A stretch of 51,712 nt of DNA from Macrostomum lignano (taxonomy: Eukaryota): NCBI GenBank assembly GCA_002269645.1, contig NIVC01002561.1, positions 1 to 51,712 of the forward strand. The letters run 5' to 3'. Numbering within the stretch: the first letter of the stretch is position 1; each line of letters starts with the position of its first letter. This document shows, piece after piece, positions 12,745-25,172 of this stretch. The notes under the pieces were generated by a model. It searched no databases. It saw only the letters and a program-made list of their open reading frames with translations, and was not told the origin of the DNA. A program made the translations under genes and the position numbers.

Positions 12745-12920
12745 ATTCTCTTCTCTGCACTCTTTTCTATCTCTCCCCTTTTTCTTCCTCTTTCCCCTTT
12801 TTTTTCTTCCCTCTTTTTTCTCTTTTCCCTGTCTTCTCTCCCCTCTTTTTCCCTTTCTCTCAGTCTCTTCTTTTTTTCCTTGTCTCCCTTCTCTCCTCTC
12901 TTTCTTGATATCTTTTCTTA
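12745..12920. repeat. Polypyrimidine (CT-rich) low-complexity tract
   Basis: Almost entirely C/T; accounts for the Phe/Ser/Leu-rich ORF 12668-12943. Confidence 0.85.
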
Positions 12921-13574
12921 TATTGTTTAAGAAACTAAAGTAACAAAAATCTTATCATGCAAGATCTTCTGTGAGGGAAATTATCTACTTATCAGTTGGT
13001 TTCTAATTCTAAAAAGCCTTCTTTGCAATCTAGCCTTTTTTTCTTTGATAGTTGCAAATGCTAGATAGCTACCCCATTGCTTTCATTTACCTTAACTTAA
13101 GCCTCCACTATTCCAACCACAGTGTGCATATAGTGTCAAAAATGTTTGAGTCCCTGACCCTAGTGAATTAAGAGCTATTTTAGTATTGAAAGTAAAAATA
13201 TATAACTCAACTTTTGCCCCCCTTGTTTCAACCCCTATGTATATATAGTGTCCTTATGAATATAATTATGGATATGGATATAATGTCTTAATTGAATAAG
13301 TATTGCTTTAATAGTAAGAATTTTATTGAAGTTGAGCTGAATGAAATGCTCTTTAAAAAGCAGCAAATTAATACTTAGCTGATCAACTTTATTAATATGA
13401 TTGAGTTACAATTCAAAACTAATTACAATTAGGAATTAAATCACAAACTCAAAATTTTTGTTTGTCATATGGGCTTGCAACAGGACAATTTAAAGTACAG
13501 CGACAGCTTACAGTATTAAATTTTCAAATTCTTGCTTTAAATTGATTTTTTCAGGATTCCAGAGTCCCCAGCAA

Positions 13575-13771
13575 ATGACAGAGTCTTCTAGCTGCAACTC
13601 CTTTGTGTAGGTAGCTTTTATTGTAAATTTTCATTACTTTTTACTGCTGTCAGTAGTGCGATGCTAATTTTTTTCGGAAGATTTTATGTAATTTTTATTG
13701 CTTCATTTCCAATTAGCAGTTCTTCGCACGCATGCATTGTGCAAGGAGTTGCCACAATCGACAGTACACTG

Positions 13772-13803
<32 letters not shown>

Positions 13804-16228
13804 GCAGATGCTGCAGCAAATTCAAAGCTCCCAAACTCGAATCGTATGCTCGACTGCTGTAGAAGACGACGATGTGCAAATTATTGGCGCCAGTCACAGC
13901 CGCGGCCAGCAGGGCGGGGCGCCCATCGCCACCGTGTACTGCAGCACTGGCGGCGGCGAGATCGGGTCTCACGGGTGAGGGAAACTAATATTAAGTACAT
14001 TGTGTCCTTCGACTTTTAAAACAGAACTAACGAAGTTGACTTACAGAAGAGTTTAAAATACGAGAACTAGGTGGTGTATATTTAGCATATATTTTTGATG
14101 CTTGCTAAACTAACTTATTATATTAATATTGAATAAAATGTAAACATAAATACTCACACTACATTGAAAAGCTAAAGCTGCTGCTAGAACTTAATGAAAG
14201 CAATGCTTTTTTGCTTTTCATCAATTGTCTAAATTGGCAAAATCTTGCATGGTCTAGATTAGCAATCCATTCTATTTTTGCTTCCACACATTGGGTAGAT
14301 TAGCAATCCATTCTGTTCCTGCATCCTTCTGGGCTAGATTAGCAATCCATTCTATTCCTGCATCCTTGTGGGCTAGATTAGCAATCCATTCTATTCCTGC
14401 TTCCTTGTGGGCTAGATAAGCAATCCATTCTATTCCTGCATCCTTGTGGGCTAGATTAGCAATCCATTCTATCCCTGCATATACATAATTAGCAATCCAT
14501 TTAGTTAACTGTATTTCAGTGTCTTAATGAAACCCTAGTGCAAAGCTACTACTAGTAGTGCAAATTGTACATGTGTCCAGTATTTAGCCCAACAGCATCA
14601 GTCAGTTGTACTGGAAGGCGCTGGGCAGCCGGCTGATGCTCTGCGGATGGTGGCTGACGGAGGCCGGGTGCGACATGAGCTGCGGGCCCCACAGCGCCGC
14701 CAACTGGGCGTCATTGAACGGCACCCCAGGCGGCGGCGCGGTGGAGCCGCGGTAGGCCCGGATCTCCTGGTATCGCAGGGCGCAGTCCCGGCGTCCGGCT
14801 TCCGGCGGCTCGAGGCCGTGCGCGAAATAGCGACGATTGGTTGGCGCCGGCTGTTCGGGAAAATATCCGATGGCGCCGGTGTAGCCGCGCCAATTGCGCG
14901 CCACGTAGGGCGGCGGACACCTTGGGTTGGGGGTGGGGGGGTTGTGTGGCTTGGAATGATTGAGTTAGTACTCGTTGAACCAACAGGTGTGTAGATAGGT
15001 AAATTGGTATGTACATGATTGATGACAAAGTAGATTAAAAGGAAATGTGAATAGACACTGGTACATGTATATAGACACGGTGGTACATACTCATAGACAG
15101 ATACAGTGGTGGATAGACACTGGTGGTGGATAGACACAGTGGTGGATAGACACAGTGGTGGATAGACACTGGTGGTGGATAGACACTGGTGGTGGATAGA
15201 CACTGGTGGTGGATAGACACTGGTGGTGGATAGACACTGGTGGTGGATAGACACAGTGGTGGATAGACACAGTGGTGGATAGACACTGGTGGTGGATAGA
15301 CACTGGTGGTGGATAGACACTGGTGGTGGATAGACACAGTGGTGGATAGACACTGGTGGTGGATAGACACAGTGGTGGATAGACACAGTGGTGGATAGAC
15401 ACTGGTGGTGGATAGACACTGGTGGTGGATAGACACTGGTGGTGGATAGACACTGGTGGTGGATAGACACTGGTGGTGGATAGACACTGGTGGTGGATAG
15501 ACACTGGTGGTGGATAGACACAGTGGTGTGTAGACGGAAAGTTAGATTGACACTGTACAGTGGAACGAGTAGACTAGGAAGATAAAAGCGAGCTCCTTCA
15601 GCCCAAGCAGTTGAACAGTAACAGATGCCAGACCTCACTCACTCAGTCCTGCTGTAATCCAGCACTAGTGGTGGTCCCTCCGGCCGCGGCAGCGGAGGCC
15701 TATCAGGATACCAACGATAGTCGTTGAATGTTGGGCAGTCTGGACTGCTGGCAAGGATCTCTCTATCAGACTGCTGGCTTGAACTCATCTGGTTGTAAAA
15801 ATCCTAGCTGAATAATTATTAAAATTTCAATTTCAAATTGCTTTTTACCTTCCTGAGGTCTGATTTAAAGCCAAAACAGATGGGCATAAACGCGTATTTA
15901 ATACAGAATGCAATTTACATTCACCGCGCTGTTTACCAAGCTTTTTGCTGCCCTATTTCTGCTCCTCTGGGTAGAGAATGCTCAGTGCAATGGCCAGTGC
16001 AACCTGCTGTTTGAGTCTGGGCGTGCAGCTATGACAACACCTCACTCTTCTCCGCTCTTCTCCTTTCTCTCGCGGTGTAGCGATGAGGTTAAAGCCATTT
16101 GGAAAAGATTGTCTATTAATATAGTGTTGTTGCTAGGCTATTCTATGTAGAATGTATACTTTTCATATGCCATTATTTTCATCTTTAAATAGCTTATTCT
16201 TTGTTTTGTGAGGAATAAAAAATCAAGC

Positions 16229-16259
<31 letters not shown>

Positions 16260-16304
16260 TAGACAAGCAGACAGGCAAGCGGGCAGTCAGACAGACAGAC
16301 AAGC

Positions 16305-16343
<39 letters not shown>

Positions 16344-16382
16344 AAGAGACAGACAGATAGACAAGCAGACAGACAGACACTA

Positions 16383-16417
<35 letters not shown>

Positions 16418-16570
16418 AAGAGACAGACAGATAGACAAGCAGACAGACAGACACTAAGACAGACAGACAGACAGACACTAAGACAGACAGACAGACAGAC
16501 AGACACTAAGACAGACAGACAGACAGACAGAAAGAGACAGACAGATAGACAAGCAGACAGACAGGCAGGC

Positions 16571-16602
<32 letters not shown>

Positions 16603-17237
16603 CAATAGCCGATAACCGATAGCCAACTCCATAGAAGTCTTAGACTATACAGTTTCCTCGGTGCCTGAAATTCTAGCTTCTCTTCACACACGCCATGATT
16701 TCCATTCCAGATCCCTGCCGGGGTCCATGCAGACCAAGCCAGTCCAGGTGGTGCAGCCCACGCTCAGCCATCAGGTGGTTGGCGGTAAATCCGCCGCGGC
16801 GGCTGCCACTCTGCAGACGACAATTCAACCGCGCGTTCTGACAGCCGTAGCGGCCAGCGCTGCGGCTCCTGGCGTCCAGATGCAGCAGACTCTGCAGGCG
16901 GGCGCGGCCGCTGTCGCCGTCTCGGCCGCGCCGTCCTCGAGTGTGTCGGGCAATCCGGTTGAAGCCGCCATCGGCATCGGCGGCCAGCCGATGCAGCTGC
17001 AGCAGAATTTCAATATTTTGAATTTTAACTATCCGAGCACCCTCCTGCAGCTGCCCGACGGCCGGCTGTTCCTGCAGCAGCCGCCGTCCAGCGCCGGCCC
17101 CATCCAGTTTGTTAAACTGCCAGCTATGGCCGCCAGCACTGCCGGTGCTGCTGGAGCTGCTGGCAAGCCGCATCAGATTATTGCAGCCTCTAATTCTACT
17201 GTGCAGGTTGGTACCGGGCATTGCCTGTGTGTCTGCC

Positions 17238-17270
<33 letters not shown>

Positions 17271-17273
17271 GGC

Positions 17274-17312
<39 letters not shown>

Positions 17313-17423
17313 CTATCTGTTTGTCTGTCTGTCTGTCTGTCGATCTGTCTGTCTGTCTGTCTGTCTGTCTGTCGATCTGTCTGTCTGTCTGTCGATCTGT
17401 CTGTCGATCTGTCTGTCTGTCGA

Positions 17424-17470
<47 letters not shown>

Positions 17471-20400
17471 GCGTGTCTGTCTGTCTGTCTGTCTTAGTGT
17501 CTGTCTGTCTGTTTGTCTTTCTGTCTTAGTGTCTGTCTGTCTGTGTGTGTGTGTGTGTGTGTGTCTGTGTGTGTGTGTGTGTCTATCTGTCTTAGTGTCT
17601 GTCTGTGTCTGTCTGTCTGTGTTTCTGTTTGTCGGTCTGTCTGTCTGTCTGTCTTTGGCTGTCTTTTTTTGTCTCTGGCTGTCTGTCTGTCAACTTGTCT
17701 GCCCATAATTTTGTGTTGCTTTATTTTTCCACCTACCTATTCTTCCTCATTATTTTGCCTTCCACCTCCGCCTCCTCCATACGCAGGTGAGCGCGTCAGC
17801 TCCAACACAGGCCTTTATCAGCCAGACTCCCAGCGGAGGCCAGCAGGTGCATTTCCTGGCCGCCCCAATGACTCCGCAACAGCAGCAGCTGCAACAACAA
17901 CAGCAGCAGCAACTGCTTCAGCAGCAGCAATTACAACAGCAACTGCAACAACAACAACAGCAGCAGCAACAGCAGCAACAACAACAGCAGCAGCAACAGC
18001 AACAGCAGCCATCTCTGGACCACTTAAAACAAATGCTACCTGGCGTAAAAGACGTGGCCGAATCCAACGGTCGTATAGTGCTCACAACTAAGCAGGACCG
18101 GGTGATCAGCATGAAGCCGGAGGAGTTCAAGCTGTTTTACAACCTCACTCTGCAGGTTGACGCTTTGCAGAAAAACACCGCCAAAACGCCTCAGGTTTGT
18201 TAATTTGTCTTCTTGCCACTCATTTACTCTTGTCATTCCGCTAGACTTTACTATTCTCACTTCGCCAGTATCCTAGCCTATTATCTTGTCACTCAATCAA
18301 GCTCTCAGAATCTCATCTTGTCACTCCATCAGACTCACAGACTCATCTTGTCACTCCATCAAGCTCGCAGACTCATATTGTCACTCTAGAAGCTCAGAAT
18401 TTCATCTTGTCACTCCATCAAGCTCCCAGCCTCATTTTGTCACTCTAGAAGCTCAGAGTCTCATCTTGTCACTCAATCAAGCTCTCAGAATCTCATCTTG
18501 TCACTCCATCAGACTCACAGACTCTCATCTTGTCACTCCATCAGACTCACAGACTCAATCTTGTCACTCCATCAGACTCACTGACTCAATCTTGTCACTC
18601 TATCAAGCTCCCAGCCTCATCTTGTCACTCCAGAAGCTCAAAATCTCATCTTGTCACTCCATCAAGCTCCCAGACTCATCTTGTCACTCCATCAAGCTCC
18701 CAGACTCGATCTTGTCACTATCAAGCTCCCAGACTCAATCTTTTCACTCAGCACGTTCCCAAATTCAATCTTGTCACTCCGTCAGACACTCTTGTTGCTC
18801 CATCAGGCTCCCAGTCTCTTGTCACTCGGTCACACTCTTCTTGTCACTCCGCCAGTTCAAAGTTATCTTCCATTTCTGTTTCCCTTGCATTCCAGATTGA
18901 GGAGGAGCTTCGCAAGCTGCGGCAAATGCAGAATGACGTCATCAAGCAGGCCAACAAAATGCACCAGGTGATCGAGCAGCAGCAGAAATCAACGGAGCCA
19001 AATTCTGCAACTCCGGCATCGACCCAGTCGGCGGCAGCTTCGTCGTCGGGCTCAGCAGACGACGCCGATTCGTTTGTACTGGCCGAGCCGAAGTACGGCG
19101 AGATGCGGGTGTTAGTGGAGTACCGAGTCGAGGGCACTCGCTACCAGCTGCGCCTGACGCCGTCGCAGAAGACCCAGGTGGACGAGGCGGTGGTCCGGCT
19201 GGCCGGCGTGGCCGACCGCGAGCGGCTGCTGCAGCGACTGCTGGCTAAGCAGCAACAGCAGCCAGTCATGGCTACCAGAATTGTTGCTTTGGCGCCTGGC
19301 CAGCAGCAGCAGCCTCAGCAGAGTCATTCCGGCTCATTCCAGCCGCAGTTAGTGGCTGCTATGCACTCCAGTGCCCCTCAGCAGCAGATTTTAACCCAAT
19401 CAACGGCTACGCCTATCGTACGCGGCGGCCGGCCAACTGCTGTTGTTGTCACGGCGTTGCCTCAGCAACAACAGCAGCAGCAGCAACAGCATCAGCAGCT
19501 TCAAAATCAATTGCCAAGCAGCCAGCACCAGCCTTCGCCGCCGCCGCCTGCAGCTGTTCAGCAGCCTCAGCCATCAGCGCCAACCGCGCCGACTCGATCG
19601 CAGCTCAGAGCGAGTCGAATTCACCGCCAGATTCAAGTGGAGCATCGGACGTTGCTGTCCCATTTGAGGCCGGATCCGTTCAGGACTGCGGACGAGGCCA
19701 CGGCTAACCTGCTGAGGTTTCATCTGTTTCAGGACACTGAGGAAACCGCGCCGCCGTCGTCAACTGCGCCGGACTCCGGTGACGATGTCGGAGCTGCGTC
19801 GGAGTTTACAGCGCTGGCGCAAAATGCCTGGTCGGCGATGGAAGCGCGGTTTAAACGCCTGCAGGTGAGCTGGTGAAATTCTTTCAGTGAGATCCATCTC
19901 TGAATAGTTTAAAGTTAACACGTGAGCTAGAACTGCGTCAGGGATCAAAGGGATCAAAGTGAACTGTCAGGGTTCAAAGTGAACTTGGTCAGGGTTCACA
20001 GTAAACTGGGTCAGGGATCAAAGGGAACTGGGTCAGGGATCAAAGGGAACTGGGTCACGGATCAAAGTGAACTGAGTCAGGGTTCACAGTGAACTGGGTC
20101 AGGATTCATAGGGCACTGGGTCAGGTTCAAAGGGAACTGGGTCAGGGTTCATAGGGCGCTGGGTCAGGGTTCAAAGGGATCTGGGTCAGGGTTCAAAGGG
20201 ATCTGGGTCAGGGTTCAAAGGGATCTGGGTCAGGGTTCAAAGGGACCTGGGTCAGGGTTCAAAGGGACCTGGGTCAGGGTTCAAAGGGACCTGGGTCAGG
20301 GTTCAAAGGGACCTGGGTCAGGGTTCAAAGGGACCTGGGTCAGGGTTCAAAGGGACCTGGGTCACGGTTCAAAAAGACCTGGGTCAGGGTTCAAAGTGAA

Positions 20401-21182
20401 CTGGGTCAGGGTTCACAGTGAACTGGGTCAGAGTTCAAAGTAAACTGGGTCAGGGATTAAAGTGAACTGGGTCAGGGTTCAAAGTGAACTGAGTCAGGGT
20501 TCAAAGTGAACTGGGTCAGGGATCAAAGTAAACTGGGTCAGGGATCAAAGTAAACTGGGTCAGGACTCAAGTAAGTTGGTCAAGATTTTAACAAAACATT
20601 TCTTGCTTTGCACGCGGCCCACCCCAGGCGGCCATCCTGATGTCGGAGCTGCGCACCCGAGTGCTGTCCTCGGCCGATCCGGAGCTGCAGCTGCTGTCCG
20701 ACCAGCTGTCCGTGTCAGCCGCCCGCCAGCAGCTTGACTCGGAGCGGGCCCAGCCGGCCGGCCAGGTCGCTCCGCTGGCTTTCGACGACGCGGGCCGCGG
20801 CCGGCCAGTCTCGCCGAAGCGGGCCCGCCTGCTGCCCGACGTCGGCGACGCCGACTCCGCAGTCGGCAGCGGCAGGGACAACGCCAAGACCAGCGGCGTC
20901 GCTGTTGCCGGCGTTGTCGGCGACAATTGCGACGGCGACGTCGATAACGCGGACGACGACGATGACGACGAGTTCGAGGAGGTCGGTCCGAAATCGTCTG
21001 TCGGCGAGTCGGCTACGGCGGCAGCAGCGTCTGCCAATGGGGACTGCTCGATGGAATTTCCTGTCGTCGACGACAACATTGACGACGGCAGTGTCGGTGG
21101 CGACTCCTTGTCAGCGTTGACTTCCGGCCCCGGCGCGCCCGCAGACGATGAGGCATCTGCCGCTATAGCTAGCATCTTGTAG
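13575..21182 (+). CDS. Gln-rich GLTSCR1-domain protein (BICRA/BICRAL-like ncBAF subunit), ~905 aa, 6 coding exons
   Basis: Exons 13575-13606, 13717-13974, 16711-17206, 17787-18194, 18896-19864 and 20628-21182 join in frame through GT-AG junctions (phases 2,2,0,0,0; 2718 nt). The segment [22 protein letters not shown]...[30 protein letters not shown] resembles the GLTSCR1 domain as I recall it (F.S.EDA..RLLPYHVYQ...EFETVSTQLL). Several poly-Q tracts. The start exon is the least certain part. Confidence 0.75.
14245..14495. repeat. 39-bp minisatellite GGGCTAGATTAGCAATCCATTCTA(T/C)TCCTGCATCCTTGT, copy 1
   Basis: About 6 units in the BICRA-like intron; the same unit recurs at 33147-33573. Confidence 0.9.
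14602..15887 (-). CDS. Uncharacterised Pro/Arg/Tyr-rich protein (~154 aa, or 167 aa with an upstream mini-exon), nested antisense in the BICRA-like intron
   Basis: Exon 15788-15643 ([12 protein letters not shown]...LDYSRT, donor GA|GTGAGT) joins exon 14920-14602 (acceptor CCCAAG|G; [22 protein letters not shown]...FQYN*) in frame. Optional upstream exon 15887-15849 ([16 protein letters not shown]|GTAAAA, 60-nt intron) is also in frame. The last exon has GC3-rich codons like the other genes here. Confidence 0.7.
15105..15530. repeat. 16/17-bp minisatellite GATAGACAC(T/A)GGTGGTG
   Basis: About 25 units lying in the intron of the nested antisense gene. Confidence 0.95.
16228..16602. repeat. (AGAC)n microsatellite with variant units
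   Basis: Read directly; upstream of the exon at 16711. Confidence 0.95.
17228..17692. repeat. (GTCT)n/(GT)n microsatellite, the reverse complement of 16228-16602
   Basis: Read directly; fills most of intron 17207-17786. Confidence 0.95.
18284..18850. repeat. Degenerate ~33-35 bp tandem repeat with core CTCATCTTGTCACTCCATCA(A/G)
   Basis: The core recurs throughout intron 18195-18895. Confidence 0.9.
19940..20575. repeat. 22-bp G-rich minisatellite GGGTCAGGGTTCAAAGGGACCT
   Basis: About 28 units in intron 19865-20627; homogeneous in the centre, degenerate at the edges. Confidence 0.95.
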
Positions 21183-21519
21183 CCCCCCACCAGTCTCTTC
21201 CGTTCCCATGGCAACCATAGGTTCCCCTGATTTTGTTTCTCCATCATGTGCATGTAGTTTGGCTAGCAACTAATTTATTAATGATAGTCGCTTTTGTTCT
21301 GATATTCTCCTCTTCGTCCCGTCTCCTTCTCTTATCGGTCTTTGAAAATTGTGTGTTTTTCTCTCTCGTTTATTCACCAGAGTACATGTATATTGTTGTG
21401 CAGTGAATTGCCTGTTCCATTCGATATTTGCATTGAATGCTGAATTTCTTTATATTTCTATGTTGCTACTCACCTGGTTTTTTAATTAAGATCCTGTTTT
21501 TTTATTTAATGTCCATCCA

Positions 21520-21900
21520 GCTCTAATCTCTTATCTCTATTCTCCATCTATCTCTTAGTATTTTATCTTTCATCTATTCTACTGTCTATCTCTTATCTCT
21601 ACTCCCAATCTTGAATCTCATCTCTACTACCAATCTCTAATCTCATCTCTTATTTCTTCTACTACTGTATATCTCTCTTCTCTTATCTCTACTGCTAAAA
21701 TCTACTCTCATCTTTCATCTCTTCTGTTGTCCATCTCTAATCTCATCCCTAATTTCTTTTATTTTTCATCTCTAATCTCATCTCTTCTATTGTGCATCTC
21801 TAATCTAATCTCTTAATAACTCTTCTATTATCCATCTTCTCATCTTTTATCTCTTCTACTGTCGATTTATAATCTCTCATCTCTCCATCCTCTACTTTTC
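21520..21900. repeat. Low-complexity ATCTCT-rich tract
   Basis: Recurring ATCTCT/CATCTC/TCTAATCT motifs downstream of the BICRA-like stop codon. Confidence 0.7.
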
Positions 21901-22489
21901 TCTTCAATCGAAATCAATCCATCAGCAGCTTATGAGTCACAAGCAAACAAGTGCATTCAAATCTATTTAATTAAGTGAACAGTTTCATAAATTATAGACT
22001 TTATATTTACCTGGCATAAGTGTGCATTAGTGAATGTTAAACACTAAAGACCATTTATAATTTGGGTTGTTAGAGATCAGAGCCTAGTATTGCACACTTT
22101 GATTAACTCTTATATTGGCTATAAACATTAGGCAACTTCCGTATCATTCAAATTCACTCTGTCTGAATATTTGCTTTGATTTAATATAATGATGTATGTA
22201 TATTGTAATTTATATCAATTACTATTTTTACATTGGGCAGCAACTTCTGTTATAATTCTGTATTGATTCTGGTTATTACGAGCGCAGAAACCAGAATTCT
22301 GACTTGTGTCGTTAATTTATGCTGTTGTTAAAATGTTCTGACATATGCTTTGTATACTACTGCTCTCTGCTGAACGTCTCGCAAATTCAATTATTACTAA
22401 GGGGATTCAATTATTATGGCCTGAATTCAGTGTAATTAAGTGACTTATTAGTTTTTTTAACACCTACACTTGATGCATTGCTGCCTCTG

Positions 22490-23357
22490 TTTCCTGACAC
22501 CCTGTTCTATCTCCCTGACACCCTGTCCTATCTGCCTGACACCCTGTTCTATCTCCCTGACACCCTCTCCTATCTCCCTGTCACCCTCTCCTATCTCCCT
22601 GACACCCTGTCCTATCTCCCTGACACCCTGTTCTATCTCCCTGACACCCTGTTCTATCTCCCTGACACCCTGTTCTATCTCCCTGACACCCTGTTCTATC
22701 TCCCTGACACCCTGTCCTATCTCCCTGACACCCTGTCCTATCTCCCTGACACCCTGTCCTATCTCCCAGACACCCTGTCCTATCTCCCTGACACCCTGTC
22801 CTATCTCCCTGACACTCTGTCCTATCTCCCTGACACCCTGTTCTATCTCCCTGACACCCTGTTCTATCTCCCTGACACTATGTCCTATCTCCCTGACACC
22901 CTGTCCTATCTCCCTGACACCCTGTCCTATCTCCCTGACACCCTGTCCTATCTCCCTGACACCCTGTCCTATCTCCCTGACACTATGTCCTATCTCCCAG
23001 ACACCCTGTCCTATCTCCCTGACACCCTGTCCTATCTCCCTGACACTCTGTCCTATCTCCCTGACACCCTGTTCTATCTCCCTGACACTATGTCCTATCT
23101 CCCTGACACCCTGTTCTATCTCCCTGACACCCTGTTCTATCTCCCTGACACTATGTCCTATCTCCCTGACACCCTGTCCTATCTCCCTGACACCCTGTTC
23201 TATCTCCCTGACACCCTGTCCTATCTCCCTGACACTATGTCTCATCTCCCTGACACCCTGTCCTATTCCCCTGACACCCTGTCCTATCTCCCTGACACCC
23301 TGTCCTATCTCCCTGACACCCTGTCCTACCTCCCTGACACCCTTTCCTATCTCCCAA
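22490..23357. repeat. 21-bp minisatellite CTATCTCCCTGACACCCTGT(C/T)
   Basis: About 41 units; source of the spurious ORFs YLPDTLS / ISLTPCP / REIGQGV. Confidence 0.97.
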
Positions 23358-23911
23358 TAAAAGTTCGACTTTATAATGGCTTCAAATTCAAACTAAATTA
23401 ATTGAGGTCTTGCACAGGCCACTAATACGACAGTTGAGCATAATTATATGATACAGCAATTGCGACTTAAATAAATATTATTTTATCTCTCTTACTCAAT
23501 GCGCCTTTGAAAAAAAATTAAACTTTTGTATCGCTTAACACCATATGCACTTTTCATTTGCAGTCGTCTGTCTGTGTCTATCTGTATCGCAAACAGTTTC
23601 ACTAATTTGTCTAGATGAATCATTTCAAAAATTACTTGTGTTCATTGCAAATGCCTATATCTGTCCTTTACTTAATTAAGTCACGTTAGTGATGCTTTTA
23701 TTAAACTATTATTCAACTTATTGCTATTCCTGCTATATTGCCTATGTATTGTACAGATTTCTAGTTGTACTAAAAATTATAAATTCACTCGAAAGCAATG
23801 CAACAAATGACAAACAAGTAACAAACAAACAAACTGCACATTTCCTCTGCTTTGTATTGCAATCGTTGATATTTATTTTATATCGGCATTTTTATGACGC
23901 CTTGGTCTTCG

Positions 23912-24385
23912 GTGGGTGTGTGCTACCCCACCTCCTTGCCTTAAGTGGGTGTGTGCTACCCCACCTCCTTGCCTTAAGTGGGTGTGTGCTACCCCACCTC
24001 CTTGCCTTAAGTGGGTGTGTGCTACCCACCTCCTTGCCTTAAGTGGGTGTGTGCTACCCACCTCCTTGCCTTAAGTGGGTGTGTGCTACCCCACCTCCTT
24101 GCCTTAAGTGGGTGTGTGCTACCCCACCTCCTTGCCTTAAGTGGGTGTGTGCTACCTCACCTCCTTGCCTTAAGTGAGTGTGTGCTACCCCACTTCCTTG
24201 ATTAAGTGGGTGTGTGCTACCGCACTGCCTTGCCTTAAGTGGGTGTGTGCTACCCCACCTCCTTGCCTTAAGTGGGTGTGTGCTACCCCACCTCCTTGCC
24301 TTAAGTGAGTGTGTGCTACCCCACTGCCTTGATTAAGTAGGTGTGTGCTACCACACTGCCTTGCCCTCGGTGGCTGTGTGCTGTG
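23912..24385. repeat. 33-bp minisatellite GGGTGTGTGCTACCCCACCTCCTTGCCTTAAGT
   Basis: About 14 units, two of them with 1-nt deletions. Confidence 0.95.
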
Positions 24386-24944
24386 CTATCCAGCTACCGA
24401 GCCGACTTGATTCTTATTTGCAAAGTTGCGCAACAAAAAGTTAGTCCGTTTCTACAATTTCCGGTTGCAGAAAAAAAGTTGTTAGGGTTTAGATCCTGTT
24501 GAATGTTGAATTGAAGACCTTTGAAAGTTTAATGGTATGAAAAATTATTAATATTGGGCTAATGCGAAGTATCAGATTATATATTAGTTTTTAGCATGTG
24601 GCTTGTAGTAGTTGTAGTCGGTATATAACACATCCAATGGGTAGACTGCACATAACTTCTAGATTAATAGCAGTAGAAAGAGTTAATAAATATTGTATAT
24701 AATAATTAGCTTATGAAGCTTCACACAAATTCACTTTGGTGTTAAAGAAAACAGTGGACTAAATGAGTTAACCAAAGATAAAATAAATTTAGGTCACACT
24801 GCCGCTTGTACTTTGTCCGTATGAATGAGTAATAGATTCTGTTCTCATCTCCCCTTCAGCTAATCAAAACTTTCTTGTGAGATGATGGAAATGTCAGCAA
24901 GTGGCTATGGCCTCTCCTGACATTTATATTGCATGTCAATACAT

Positions 24945-25172
24945 TGTAATTTTCATTGCCCCCATCCTGACATTTTCATTGCCCCCATCCTGACATTTTC
25001 ATTACATCCATCCTGACATTTTCATTGCCCCCATCCTGACATTTTCATTGCCCCATCCTGACATTTTCATTGCATCCATCCTGACATTTTCATTGCCCCC
25101 ATCCTGACATCTTCATTGGCCCCATCCTGACATTTTCACTGCCCATGTTCTGACATTTTCATTTCCCCATCC
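24945..25172. repeat. ~22-23 bp minisatellite CATTGCCCCCATCCTGACATTTT
   Basis: About 10 units. Confidence 0.9.

Noticed and set aside
14647-14994. Plus-strand ORF as an extra BICRA-like exon
   Set aside because: The host exons at 13974 and 16711 join in frame without it, and the opposite strand has proper splice sites and the better reading frame.
22457-23401. Pentapeptide- or coiled-coil-like repeat ORFs; likewise those at 27676-29141, 38849-39782 and 46243-46725
   Set aside because: Stop-free minisatellites open in several frames on both strands, with no unique flanking coding sequence or splice support.
23912-24385. CRISPR-like appearance of the 32-51 bp arrays (also 33147, 37525, 51303)
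   Set aside because: The units are directly adjacent with no unique spacers, there are no cas genes, and the context is eukaryotic.
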